A program made the translations under genes and the position numbers. From a virus: a stretch of DNA of 64,000 nucleotides. Shown here one piece after another: positions 1 through 9,094 of this stretch (position 1 is the first letter of the stretch; the number at the start of each line of letters is the position of its first letter). The notes under the pieces are model-generated. The model had not been told where the DNA came from. It did no database searches and saw only the letters and a list, made by a program, of their open reading frames with translations. The stretch is taken from IMG/VR virus record IMGVR_UViG_3300043429_000131; one strand, written 5' to 3'.

Positions 1-428
1 ATGCTAGTTGAGCCGGGGACATTAACGCCGTTTACTTGCAGCCAGACATACAGCTCGTGAATTTGCGACGCGGTGTTAAAAACTTGTAAACTATAGTCAA
101 TCTTATACACCCCGCTATACGTCGGAGTGGCAGTACTGTTTGGGTTGAGCGTGAAACCCAGTTGCGAATCTAATGCGGTCCACAAAACTTTGGTCGCTAC
201 GTTCGTGGCGGTTGCATATTGATCCGTCGAGTCCTGCGCTGCTATGTGGGGGAATGTCAGGAAGTGCCCGCCAGCGTTTGATAGAAGCTGGCCTGTTACG
301 TTGTCCAGCGTATTGAAGTACTGCCGCAGGATGTTGTGGGTGGTGTCCGAATAGGAGCGATCGTACTGAACCGGCGCAAACGGAAGCGCCGGGGCTTTTG
401 TGACATCAAGTTTGTCTCTGCCAGCCAT
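1..428 (-). CDS. tail-associated virion protein, truncated by window start
   Basis: ATG at 428 overlaps TGA of upstream gene (ATGA); frame open to position 1 (MAGRDKLDVTKAPALPFAPVQYD...GVYKIDYSLQV...LYVWLQVNG); not in the ORF track. Confidence 0.7.
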   Translation of the reverse strand, partial: MAGRDKLDVTKAPALPFAPVQYDRSYSDTTHNILRQYFNTLDNVTGQLLSNAGGHFLTFPHIAAQDSTDQYATATNVATKVLWTALDSQLGFTLNPNSTATPTYSGVYKIDYSLQVFNTASQIHELYVWLQVNGVNVPGSTS

Positions 429-2335
429 CAATTGCGGCCATCAGGACGAACATCAATACGGGGGACACCCAACTGCCACTGAGTGCCAATACTATTTGAC
501 TCAACCTTGAACGCCATCTGTCTGCCACGCACCCGGCTATACACAATCTCCGTGAACTGCTGCACGTTGTAGGTAGTCTGACCAGCGTAACTCTGCGCTG
601 AGGTTACATTCGGAGTTGCTGCCACGCCATACGCAGAGCCGGGGTTTTGCTTCGGTCTTACTGTGAAAGTGACAAACGGCTTATCGCTTGTAGCACCCGT
701 GGTATCTGACCCGTCAAACGTAATATCTGGCACGATGCGCCAAACAAATCCGTAGTTGTGCCCGTCGCCAATATCAAAGTCTGAAGACTGTATGTACGCA
801 TTAATCGGGCTAGGTGGGTTAGTACTGCCGTCGTCCACTGCCGCTTCGTGATACACAAGAATATTCCCAGCAGTTGCAGCCATAGGGAACTGACGCAGCG
901 GAGAGTCCAGCCAAGCCGTACGGTCTAACGTACCGTAATACCATACCCGGTCCAGATAGTTAAAAATGACGTAACGGTCTATGACAGTCGAGTTCTTTGA
1001 GCAGTAGTTCCACCAGACTTCTGAGTAACCTTCGTTGGTGCCAGCGTTGAATTGCGCCTCTTGGTCGCGGTTAATGTCGTTGAAGATGAACTGACGCACC
1101 GAGCAGGGTAGCGTCTCTACCCGACCAGAATAGATGTAAAACTTATCGACGCCCATCCAGTACACGACGCCAGCAGCGGTTGCCATAGCATTGGGAGAGA
1201 CGATGGAAATATTGTCAGCAAGCAAAGTGAAGCCGTAGACAAACGGTGGCCCAAGATACTGCATCGAGTAAATAGCAGCGTCCGTCCACACCACGATCTC
1301 TTGGCGGGTTTGCATCGCGCCGATAATTTCTGAACCGTGTGACAAGCGATAACTACCCGCTTGGTTTGTTGCTGCCGGAGTCCAGTTTGTATAGCTCTCT
1401 TGCTCTGTCCAACGAATGAGCAGTGGGTCAAAATCAGCCGTGCCGTATGCACCGTAGTCGCTGCACCCGAATGCAATCACAATTCGTGAGGTGTCCGACA
1501 CCATAATCTGGTTAATTTCGGATGGGACATCCAAGCCAGACACCAAAGTCCCGCGAGTTCCGTATGCAGGGGTTGCGCCACTACCGGGCTGCCATAGGTA
1601 CAACGCGCCGCCGCGTGGAGAAAACAGCAAGTCTTCGCCAAAGTTTGACTGACTCCAGAGGCGCAACTGCAAGCCGAAGCCCGTTGTAAAACCTGAACCC
1701 CACACACCACGAGACCAAGGGCCAGTACCCCAGCCAGTGCCGATAGTATACGTAGCAAAGCCAGTATTGATCTGATAGGCAAGCGTGATTGTCGCAGCGG
1801 CATTAGACCCTGTTGTTGGGGTAGCTAATGTAACTGTGTAGGTGGTGCCTGTGAGAACTTCAGTAATCTGGTACTCACCATTCACGTTCACACCGCCAAT
1901 TGCACCGGCACCAGCAATAGTTACGAAGTCATTAGCCTGTAAGCTGTCCGCTGCGCTGTCAGATATGGTTAGCGTTGTGCCACTGGCAGTAAGTGTAATT
2001 GTGGAAGCATTGACCACAGGCGGGCCAGCAGAGGGCGTGTTGCCGTTTATCTCGCGTAGTGGCGTGATGTCGTAATAGTCACCACCGTCCTCAACATAAA
2101 ATTTTAAGTTAGTACCAACACCTGCTAAGTTATATTGCTTCAGCGTTACCCAATTCCACAACGACCGGCACACACCAAGGAAGGTGTTATAAGAAATAGC
2201 AGCCCAGCCGCCAATCTTCTCGGGGTATCCAGAGCGGAAGCGAATCTTGTCGCAGTCGTACCAGCCTCCCTCGTTAGAGAGCGTCGTGCCTTCGCGGTTT
2301 ACGCCGGGGCGAAACTGAAGTTTTTGTAGTGGCAT
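428..2335 (-). CDS. podovirus tail nozzle/stabilisation protein (P22 gp10/T7 gp12-like)
   Basis: 635 aa, beta-propeller-like W/G-rich repeats, N-term LQKLQFRPGVNRE..EGGWYDCDKIRF, position in tail module. Confidence 0.65.
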   Translation of the reverse strand: MPLQKLQFRPGVNREGTTLSNEGGWYDCDKIRFRSGYPEKIGGWAAISYNTFLGVCRSLWNWVTLKQYNLAGVGTNLKFYVEDGGDYYDITPLREINGNTPSAGPPVVNASTITLTASGTTLTISDSAADSLQANDFVTIAGAGAIGGVNVNGEYQITEVLTGTTYTVTLATPTTGSNAAATITLAYQINTGFATYTIGTGWGTGPWSRGVWGSGFTTGFGLQLRLWSQSNFGEDLLFSPRGGALYLWQPGSGATPAYGTRGTLVSGLDVPSEINQIMVSDTSRIVIAFGCSDYGAYGTADFDPLLIRWTEQESYTNWTPAATNQAGSYRLSHGSEIIGAMQTRQEIVVWTDAAIYSMQYLGPPFVYGFTLLADNISIVSPNAMATAAGVVYWMGVDKFYIYSGRVETLPCSVRQFIFNDINRDQEAQFNAGTNEGYSEVWWNYCSKNSTVIDRYVIFNYLDRVWYYGTLDRTAWLDSPLRQFPMAATAGNILVYHEAAVDDGSTNPPSPINAYIQSSDFDIGDGHNYGFVWRIVPDITFDGSDTTGATSDKPFVTFTVRPKQNPGSAYGVAATPNVTSAQSYAGQTTYNVQQFTEIVYSRVRGRQMAFKVESNSIGTQWQLGVPRIDVRPDGRN

Positions 2336-2336
2336 A

Positions 2337-2561
2337 TCATTCTTTCCACTTGTTCAGAGGGCAGCTATTAGTAACAAAACGCACTTTCACCCATATAGGA
2401 CATGAGCATTCCGTGCACATTGTTTTAGGTGCGTCTGGTATAAGCTTCCCCGCCATATCAACAAAGAAGTACAGCGGGTCTGCACTCATGTCTTTTTGCC
2501 TGTCACAGGCAACGCATATACTCAGCCGTTGAGCAATAATTTCTTTACTTGGAAGGATCAT
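2337..2561 (-). CDS. small Cys-rich protein
   Basis: RLSICVAC...CTECSC...SCPLNKW; ATG at 2561 overlaps stop of tail fibre gene. Confidence 0.6.
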   Translation of the reverse strand: MILPSKEIIAQRLSICVACDRQKDMSADPLYFFVDMAGKLIPDAPKTMCTECSCPIWVKVRFVTNSCPLNKWKE

Positions 2562-3643
2562 CGCAGTTCCGCCCAAACACTGTATCCAAAGCTACCGTTA
2601 ATCTGATATGTAGATCCTGCGGGGACAATAAACGAAAACGGGAAAAATGATATTTGCGCTACACCGCAGCAATCAATTGTGGTTGAATGGTGTACCAGAA
2701 CCCCGTCTACATAAGCGGAAGCATACGTACCAGACTGCGCTCTAGCAGAACAAGTAACCATGATGGGTTTACCTGTTGAATTCGTATACTGCGTATTTAA
2801 AGAACGGCTAGGGTTTTGCCAAGTCTGCCCGACACCAATAGAGCTTACAGTAACCGCGCCAGTTGATCCATTAACAGATGTAACACCTGTATTAGTGATT
2901 GTTGGGTTCCCAGATACACCATCACCGTTTGTTACAGATATACCGGTACCCGCAGTGATTGTTCTAGCTGTTGTAGTGGCCGCAGCAGTGCGCACCAGCA
3001 CACCATTGGAGCCGGGGTCTTGCAGAGCAGTGCCAACTTCTGTACGTACAAAAGCCGTTGTAGCAATCTGTGTTGTATTAGTGCCCGCAACAGCCGTGGG
3101 CGCAATCGGGGTTCCCGTTAGAGTAGGTGATGGTATGTTGCCCGAAACAGTTAGGTTACCAGTCACAGTGGCATTACCCGCAACCGAGACGTTACCGCCA
3201 AAGCTCATGTTGTTTACTACATGGTTGAACTGGTCAAACACGTTGGTGCCGTCGCAGCGTACAAGCACTGATTTACCCGCAGGGATGGCTGTACCTGAAC
3301 CTGCTGCTGTGGTGTTACCCAGCACCGTACTCGCGTAGATGGTAGCGGTGTAGCTTGACGCGTTTTGGACGACATAGAGCTTTGTGACCGGGGGTACATA
3401 AACACTAAACGGGGCTGTAGTCGTTGTAGTCAAAGAAACGGCTGCACATCGCGACTGATCAGCCGCGCCATTAAGCGCGGTCAACGCTTGGTTTGCGCTT
3501 AGTACTGATACCGATGCCAAGCCAGAGATAGCATCCTCGATAATGACCCCGAGGTTGTCGTTGGTGATCGTGCCCCATGTACCGGACTTTTCACCGTTGG
3601 CTATGAGTTCGATCCGTAGATCGGGTGAGTAGGTACTTGGCAT
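2558..3643 (-). CDS. tail fibre protein
   Basis: N-term MPSTYSPDLRIELIANGEKSGTWG; TGTPIAPTAVAGTNTTQIATTAFV fibre motif; VTSVNGSTGAV repeat; C-terminal beta-rich head. Confidence 0.75.
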   Translation of the reverse strand: MPSTYSPDLRIELIANGEKSGTWGTITNDNLGVIIEDAISGLASVSVLSANQALTALNGAADQSRCAAVSLTTTTTAPFSVYVPPVTKLYVVQNASSYTATIYASTVLGNTTAAGSGTAIPAGKSVLVRCDGTNVFDQFNHVVNNMSFGGNVSVAGNATVTGNLTVSGNIPSPTLTGTPIAPTAVAGTNTTQIATTAFVRTEVGTALQDPGSNGVLVRTAAATTTARTITAGTGISVTNGDGVSGNPTITNTGVTSVNGSTGAVTVSSIGVGQTWQNPSRSLNTQYTNSTGKPIMVTCSARAQSGTYASAYVDGVLVHHSTTIDCCGVAQISFFPFSFIVPAGSTYQINGSFGYSVWAELR

Positions 3644-3653
3644 AAGTTTTCCT

Positions 3654-4127
3654 TTAGTTTCTTAGTGCGTTATACGCAGCTTCGCATTTGTTTAGTTCGG
3701 CTTCGAGCTTGGCTGCGTCGGCAGCGTACCCTGCAAGAAATTCTGCATCTCCCCTTGCCAATTCCGAACCGGTCGTTCCAGCACAAGCGGTGGGGGCACC
3801 GGGCACTTCAATGCTGGTGGGGATGGTAACGATTCTTTCGGGGCGGTTGCGCAGCTCACCAAGAGCAGCGTTGAGCTTACGGTTAATACCAGCGACTTCC
3901 ACATTGCGTTTCTCCTGCGCTTGGGCGGCAGAGGCTACCAGCCGCTGTTCTTGCTCCCGATACTTAGTTTCCGTGTCCCGCGCCGCCTTTTCAATCTTGG
4001 CAAGTTCGTCCGTGTGCTTTGCCTGTATTGTCGCTATTTCGTTGCCTAAACGCCAGCCCTGTGTTTTCCACCCTGTCAAAAAACCGACAGCCAATACTAT
4101 TAGTAGAATTATAACGTCCCGGTACAT
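3654..4127 (-). CDS. Rz: Rz-like inner-membrane spanin
   Basis: N-terminal TM helix followed by coiled coil, immediately downstream of endolysin, contains embedded lipoprotein ORF. Confidence 0.85.
   Translation of the reverse strand: MYRDVIILLIVLAVGFLTGWKTQGWRLGNEIATIQAKHTDELAKIEKAARDTETKYREQEQRLVASAAQAQEKRNVEVAGINRKLNAALGELRNRPERIVTIPTSIEVPGAPTACAGTTGSELARGDAEFLAGYAADAAKLEAELNKCEAAYNALRN
3692..3904 (-). CDS. Rz1: Rz1-like outer-membrane lipoprotein spanin, embedded in Rz in another frame
   Basis: signal peptide with lipobox LLVSC, Pro-rich mature part, fully inside Rz. Confidence 0.8.
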   Translation of the reverse strand: MWKSLVLTVSSTLLLVSCATAPKESLPSPPALKCPVPPPLVLERPVRNWQGEMQNFLQGTLPTQPSSKPN

Positions 4128-4567
4128 TGTTTGTACTCCTCCTGACGACGGAGCGTTAGCCCCCTAACAACACGCCCCTGCGCCCGGTCCCAACGCAGTA
4201 TTTCTTTGCAGGCACCCTCGTAGTCTTGGGCATTGAGTTTCTTCACCAGCGTGGACCGGCAGAAGTTACCCGACCCGATATTGTAAGACAGACTGATATA
4301 AGCATCGTATTCGTACTGATACAGGGGCACTTTGACACATTGTTTGACTGCACCTTCGAACCGCTGCACATCCCGCATAGCTTGCTTCAAGGCTTTAATC
4401 GGAGTGGTCTTGTCGCCCATCTTTACACCTTCCGTCGTGCCAAAACCAATCGTTGGCACGTCGCCCGGAATCGGGATATACGCATCGTCGTTGTAACCTT
4501 CATGCGAGACAATCCCCACCAGCGCAAGGGCGGACAAGGTGAGCGCGGCTATTTTGGTTCTGTCCAT
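4109..4567 (-). CDS. GH24 (T4-like) lysozyme with N-terminal SAR-type anchor
   Basis: IAALTLSALALVGIVSHEG (weakly hydrophobic anchor then catalytic E), DVPTIGFGTT, YDAYISLSYNIG, GLTLRRQEE. Confidence 0.92.
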   Translation of the reverse strand: MDRTKIAALTLSALALVGIVSHEGYNDDAYIPIPGDVPTIGFGTTEGVKMGDKTTPIKALKQAMRDVQRFEGAVKQCVKVPLYQYEYDAYISLSYNIGSGNFCRSTLVKKLNAQDYEGACKEILRWDRAQGRVVRGLTLRRQEEYKQCTGTL

Positions 4568-4568
4568 A

Positions 4569-5294
4569 TCAGATCGTATCTATCTTAGTCCAGCCCGGTG
4601 GTGTGTCTGTGTCAATCACTACCCAGCCAGAGTTCGTGTTTGAGTTAATTACCTGCCAGTTCACCGTCTGGTTATCGTCAATCAGTTCCCACAACAGGCG
4701 CTGAACGATGGAGTCAAATGCTTGGGCTGTCTCTGCAACGATGGCAACTGCAATGAGGTTATTGGCAACCGACGCAACGGCTGATCCAGTTTCCGATACG
4801 AAAGCTACAGCGTCCACGGTGTTGGCAACGGAGTCATCTACTTCTGCTGTCTCAGACAGGCTAACTGGCATCACCGCCGTGTTGGTCACAATATCTACTG
4901 CGTCAGAGACTTCGGCGCACACGTCACTAAAGACAGACCCGGCAGTCGTAATCGTCTCAGACACCTGCGCGTAGGGGTCAATGTTTGCCACAGCGTCAAG
5001 CTGGGCTGCTACAGACTCCACACCTTCCAATATCTCAGCAATGGCTGCAACTGCGTCGTTGGTGTTGGCTACTGAGTCTGATACTTCGGCAGTCTCTGCG
5101 ATGTTGACCGGGATGGTGGATACACCCACCACAGAGTCTTGGGCTTCTGCTGTTTCGCTTATGCTGACTGGAATTGTGGATACCCCAACGATAGAGTCCG
5201 TAGCCTCTGCCGTTTCACTGAGCGCAACTTGCCATGTACGTGCAGCCGCCGTAGCAAATGGGGTAGTACAAAACGCGCTGTCAGCGAATAGCAT
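4569..5294 (-). CDS. acidic repeat virion protein
   Basis: tandem ~19-aa repeats V-x-I/L-S/A-E-T-A-E-x-x-D-S; C-terminal W-rich segment. Confidence 0.6.
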   Translation of the reverse strand: MLFADSAFCTTPFATAAARTWQVALSETAEATDSIVGVSTIPVSISETAEAQDSVVGVSTIPVNIAETAEVSDSVANTNDAVAAIAEILEGVESVAAQLDAVANIDPYAQVSETITTAGSVFSDVCAEVSDAVDIVTNTAVMPVSLSETAEVDDSVANTVDAVAFVSETGSAVASVANNLIAVAIVAETAQAFDSIVQRLLWELIDDNQTVNWQVINSNTNSGWVVIDTDTPPGWTKIDTI

Positions 5295-5296
5295 GG

Positions 5297-5830
5297 TTAG
5301 GCCGCGATCTCCATGACTGTGATTATTGTTGGTGTTGAAGCATTAACCACAGAACCGCTTTGCCATGAACCACCAACAATTATTTGTGATCCTGATTCAA
5401 CCGCTACTTGCAACTGATATGTCAACGCTGATGTAGAAGAGGGGCTGTCCAGATACTGGAAAAAATGTTGCGCAGAGTAATTATAATTACCTATTGGCAT
5501 CGCCGTAGCAGCACGTACAGTAGAACCACGCGCATCCCCCTGTACAATAACCGTGCTGTTTCTTGTTACGCGAGTATATAAACCATATGTCCCGGAAGAT
5601 GCGCTTTGAGACAGCGAACAACTGTAAGACACCAAAATTTTACTTGTTGCAGATGTGGGCGTAATTATTACCGAAGCTCCAGTAACGTCTGTAAATGTAT
5701 AGCCGTTGTTATGCGTAAACGTATCTGTCTTAGTCGTACTCACAACCTGCAACACACACCCAGCGGGCAACTGCGCCCGCGTTGGCACACCGCTTGCCAG
5801 CATTCCTGATTGAACTTGTGTTAATGCCAT
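5297..5830 (-). CDS. tail fibre/adhesin module protein (paralog of 6094-6588)
   Basis: VLQVVSTTKTDTF...ITPTSATSKILV...TITVMEIAA, shared with the 6094-6588 gene. Confidence 0.65.
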   Translation of the reverse strand: MALTQVQSGMLASGVPTRAQLPAGCVLQVVSTTKTDTFTHNNGYTFTDVTGASVIITPTSATSKILVSYSCSLSQSASSGTYGLYTRVTRNSTVIVQGDARGSTVRAATAMPIGNYNYSAQHFFQYLDSPSSTSALTYQLQVAVESGSQIIVGGSWQSGSVVNASTPTIITVMEIAA

Positions 5831-5833
5831 GTC

Positions 5834-6097
5834 TTACTCCGGTTTCGGATACTTTGTCTTGACTGCATCAATCGCAGCTTTCCATGCGTCATAGCCGCCG
5901 TGGTAGAGAAGATCGAATTGGTCGGCGAATGACGGGTACTCTGCTGCGCGTTGGTACTTGTAAGCGTTAGGGTTTACCCACGCATTGACTGCGGCTTCGT
6001 CAATCTCAACCTTGTTACCCTGCGCGTCGAACGCGCCTGTGCTGTCATCGATTGTGACTACGTTAGGGTATAGAGCGCGAATAGCATCATGATTCAT
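5834..6097 (-). CDS. tail fibre assembly-like small protein
   Basis: AIRALYP...YQRAAEYPSFADQFDLLYH...IDAVKTKYPKP; sits between fibre modules. Confidence 0.55.
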   Translation of the reverse strand: MNHDAIRALYPNVVTIDDSTGAFDAQGNKVEIDEAAVNAWVNPNAYKYQRAAEYPSFADQFDLLYHGGYDAWKAAIDAVKTKYPKPE

Positions 6098-6588
6098 CCT
6101 GCTATCTCCATTGCAGTTATGGTTGAAACGTAACGCCCCCTGCCCGCAACATCCAAATCATCAGGGCTACGGTTTATATAAGCAGTTCCGCCTTGGATGC
6201 CAACTTGTATTTTGTATGTTATGGCGGAAGTATCCGCAGGTGAGTCAGTAAAAACCATGGTCACCGAACCCATCCCGCCTGCATCACTAGACGGGTATCT
6301 AAAACCAGAGGTAGCCTGAGTTCTTGATCCCGCCGCCGCACCAATACCAATTGCAGTGCTATTTCTTACGTACCGAAGGTAAAGGCTGTTGGACGCACCC
6401 TCAATCGCAGACACTGCTGCAATCAACAGTATTCTGCTGGAAGCACTTGTAGGGGTAATGCTAAGTGACAAGCCTGTTATATCTGTATAAGCCGTAGCCG
6501 AAGAAGAAAACGTATCTGTCTTGGTCGTGCTCACAACCTGCAACACCCCGCCTGATCCGGCTAACGCTGTATTAACTGCGCGTGTCAT
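6094..6588 (-). CDS. tail fibre/adhesin module protein (paralog of 5297-5830)
   Basis: VLQVVSTTKTDTF...ITPTSASSRILL...TITAMEIAG. Confidence 0.65.
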   Translation of the reverse strand: MTRAVNTALAGSGGVLQVVSTTKTDTFSSSATAYTDITGLSLSITPTSASSRILLIAAVSAIEGASNSLYLRYVRNSTAIGIGAAAGSRTQATSGFRYPSSDAGGMGSVTMVFTDSPADTSAITYKIQVGIQGGTAYINRSPDDLDVAGRGRYVSTITAMEIAG

Positions 6589-6591
6589 TCG

Positions 6592-7647
6592 TTACTCCCA
6601 CATGATGTTAATAGTTCCAGCGTCGAAAAACTGCGTTCCATCGATGTAAAGGCGAACTCGGTCTAGTGTTGCCGATAATGCTTTACTACCTGACGTAAAG
6701 TATGTAGAAGCTGCTGCGTCGCTTCTTCCTACTGAACCGGAAGCAGCCCAAGTATTTGTAGCACTATTAAGTAAGCTAATGGTTATTGAGCCATTCACAA
6801 TAACTGTACTAGCCCAATTTGATGTATTAACACCTATTCCAAACCCAGTTGTAAAAAGTGCTTGAGCAGTACCAACAGCAACAACAGTATTTGAACCTGC
6901 ATAACCCGTTGTTTCATACCCACCTGAGTCACCAAGTTGGATCAAAGGCGGCGCAGTACCGTTTGTACTCACACCAGAAAAATTCAACGTAATCCGCTTG
7001 GCCCACGACGGTATGTCAGTAAATTCTGGTGCAGTCTGATTAGTCAGCGTAATTACTGTGCCAGACACCAACGGATAAAGCGTCCCCGTAGGTACAGAAA
7101 AGCTTGTGCCCGATACCGCGCCTGTGAACGTACCGCCGCTTTGTGGGATGGCGTTGGCGATAGAAGTCAGGGTAAAGTAGACAATCGTTACCAAGTCGCC
7201 CGCAGTACAAGCATTTGCCAGTGTTACCGTCGTACCATTAGTCGCAGTAAAGTCAGCCGACCCAAGCCTTGCGCCGTTGCGATACACATCAAGAAACCCA
7301 ACGGTGTAAGAACCGCTCGGCGTAAATACTGTCTGACTGGCAGTTGCAGTGAAATCCTGTGCTGTTCTATAAGCCGTGTTGCCCGGTGACGGTACACCAA
7401 TGACTGGCAGGCCCAGATACAGCACCGAAATATTGTTCGTACCAGATGGTGGAGCAGGTGAAAATGTCAGGGTTGTGCCGATGACTGAGTACAGGTTCGG
7501 GTTCTGCACCACACCGCTGATTGCTACGATGATCGAAGTCGCACTGGCTGGCGCATAGGTCAGCGTAAAAGACGGAGTTGATCCATCACCGCTGAACTGA
7601 TCGAACGGGAACGAGCCGGTAGTTGGTTGTGCGCCGATGTAACTCAT
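6592..7647 (-). CDS. tail fibre protein
   Basis: N-term MSYIG-x-x-PTT shared with 9091-10302; C-term ALSATLDRVR...FDAGTINIMWE shared with 7649-8215. Confidence 0.65.
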   Translation of the reverse strand: MSYIGAQPTTGSFPFDQFSGDGSTPSFTLTYAPASATSIIVAISGVVQNPNLYSVIGTTLTFSPAPPSGTNNISVLYLGLPVIGVPSPGNTAYRTAQDFTATASQTVFTPSGSYTVGFLDVYRNGARLGSADFTATNGTTVTLANACTAGDLVTIVYFTLTSIANAIPQSGGTFTGAVSGTSFSVPTGTLYPLVSGTVITLTNQTAPEFTDIPSWAKRITLNFSGVSTNGTAPPLIQLGDSGGYETTGYAGSNTVVAVGTAQALFTTGFGIGVNTSNWASTVIVNGSITISLLNSATNTWAASGSVGRSDAAASTYFTSGSKALSATLDRVRLYIDGTQFFDAGTINIMWE

Positions 7648-7648
7648 C

Positions 7649-8215
7649 TTATTCCCACATGATGTTTATAGTGCCAGCGTCGAAGGTGTCTGTGCCGTTG
7701 ACGGTGGTGATACGGACGCGGTCTAGGGTTCCGGAAAGAGCTAAATATCCAGCCGTTGCCCCACCTGTGTTTGTTCCGGTATGTACAAAATTGCCTCTAG
7801 CAACCCATGTATTTCCTGTTTGCAAAACAAGATCCAATATGCCGTGGCGAACAGTTGATGATGTAATACTTCCTGACGATTGTTCTATATAAAAACCGCT
7901 TGAAAACGAAGCTATGCCATTAGCTGTGTTAAGAATTGCAATTGCTGCACCAACGTACCCTGTTGTTACTACTGAGCCTGAACCAATTTGCACTTGAGGC
8001 GGGCTTGATCCACTTGTGCTTACTCCACTAAACATCACCGTAATCCGCTTGGCTGTTGCAGGGATACCAGTAAAGTCAACCGACGTACCTGATGCACTGA
8101 CCGCAGTACCAGACGTTATTGTCGTAGCCCACGCGCCGTCACCACGAAAAAAGGTGGACGAACTTGGTGTTCCCGTCGCCTCCATCCCCGCACTTGGTAT
8201 CTTATCTACTGGCAT
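7649..8215 (-). CDS. tail fibre head-like protein (paralog of 6592-7647 C-terminus)
   Basis: DFTGIPATAKRIT...LALSGTLDRVR...FDAGTINIMWE. Confidence 0.6.
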   Translation of the reverse strand: MPVDKIPSAGMEATGTPSSSTFFRGDGAWATTITSGTAVSASGTSVDFTGIPATAKRITVMFSGVSTSGSSPPQVQIGSGSVVTTGYVGAAIAILNTANGIASFSSGFYIEQSSGSITSSTVRHGILDLVLQTGNTWVARGNFVHTGTNTGGATAGYLALSGTLDRVRITTVNGTDTFDAGTINIMWE

Positions 8216-8503
8216 TTATTGCTCCTGAATCACTTCTTCCCACAGGCACGTCTCTTCATTCAGAACGTAATTGCCCTCTGGCTTCGGCGGAATAAACGCA
8301 TCGCGCTCACGGTCGTAGGTATATCCAATACCGGCGTAGTTTTTACGTAGTGGTCTGCCCTCTGGATGCTGACCGCCATACGTGTTGTAGCTGGTTTGAA
8401 TCCACTCGCCGGGGGACGTATCTACGAACGTCTGAAAAAACTCCGGCTCGGCCACGATCACGCTGACCACAATACCGTTTTGTACTTTAGCAAAGTGCGT
8501 CAT
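8216..8503 (-). CDS. small tail-region protein
   Basis: MTHFAKVQNGIVVSVIV...LRKNYAGIGYTYD...AFIPPKP; in tail operon. Confidence 0.6.
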   Translation of the reverse strand: MTHFAKVQNGIVVSVIVAEPEFFQTFVDTSPGEWIQTSYNTYGGQHPEGRPLRKNYAGIGYTYDRERDAFIPPKPEGNYVLNEETCLWEEVIQEQ

Positions 8504-8512
8504 ATTTTTACC

Positions 8513-9094
8513 TTAAAACTCTACCCACCCAGTCAAAATATATTTGGTATTTGATATTGGTGGATTACCTCTGTGCGTATGCGTAAAGCCCCCGGGAAAC
8601 AAAACAAGTTTTCCTGTTTTTGGTTTTATTCTGCACGGGGTATACAAAAATTCTGTTTCGCCGCCCTCAACAATATCGTTTAAATACAATATAAAAGACA
8701 GCAGCCGCGAAGAAGTTTGTCTAGTTGCGCTCTCACAATGCCACGAATGATAGCCCTGACCCACTTCCGTTTTTTGCGCCTTCATATAATAAATAGAATG
8801 CGACGCCAAATCTTTCAAAATACTAAATTTCTTTGCGTAAGCTGGGTAAGCTTTCGCCCAAAACTCTGTTACAAAAGAATCGCAAAGATGTTGCGTGCCG
8901 TCTATCTGTATTGAGTATTCGCCATGCAAAGTCAGTGTTCTGTCGTCAAACACATGGCTTAAAGCTTCCGCAGATCTATCCGCAACAAGCCCAGACGATT
9001 GCATATTTTCAAAATATTGAACGGCATGGTTACACCATTCGACTGGCAAAAACTCGTCAATCTCTAATATAAAATTATTTATTGTGGCGCTCAT
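8513..9094 (-). CDS. 2OG-Fe(II) oxygenase (prolyl-4-hydroxylase-like)
   Basis: GYHSWHCE, LSFILYLNDIVEGGETEF, LVLFP, HTHRGNPP...KYILTGW. Confidence 0.9.
   Translation of the reverse strand: MSATINNFILEIDEFLPVEWCNHAVQYFENMQSSGLVADRSAEALSHVFDDRTLTLHGEYSIQIDGTQHLCDSFVTEFWAKAYPAYAKKFSILKDLASHSIYYMKAQKTEVGQGYHSWHCESATRQTSSRLLSFILYLNDIVEGGETEFLYTPCRIKPKTGKLVLFPGGFTHTHRGNPPISNTKYILTGWVEF

Noticed and set aside
2760-3338. Plus-strand ORFs opposite tail genes (also 3688-4167, 15731-16141, 22379-23143)
   Set aside because: Antisense shadows of well-supported minus-strand genes
5297-8215. Tail repeats as DGR template/variable repeats or a shufflon
   Set aside because: No reverse transcriptase or invertase; the repeats are short, in the same orientation and both in coding frames, and the mismatches I checked in the 39-nt pair are synonymous
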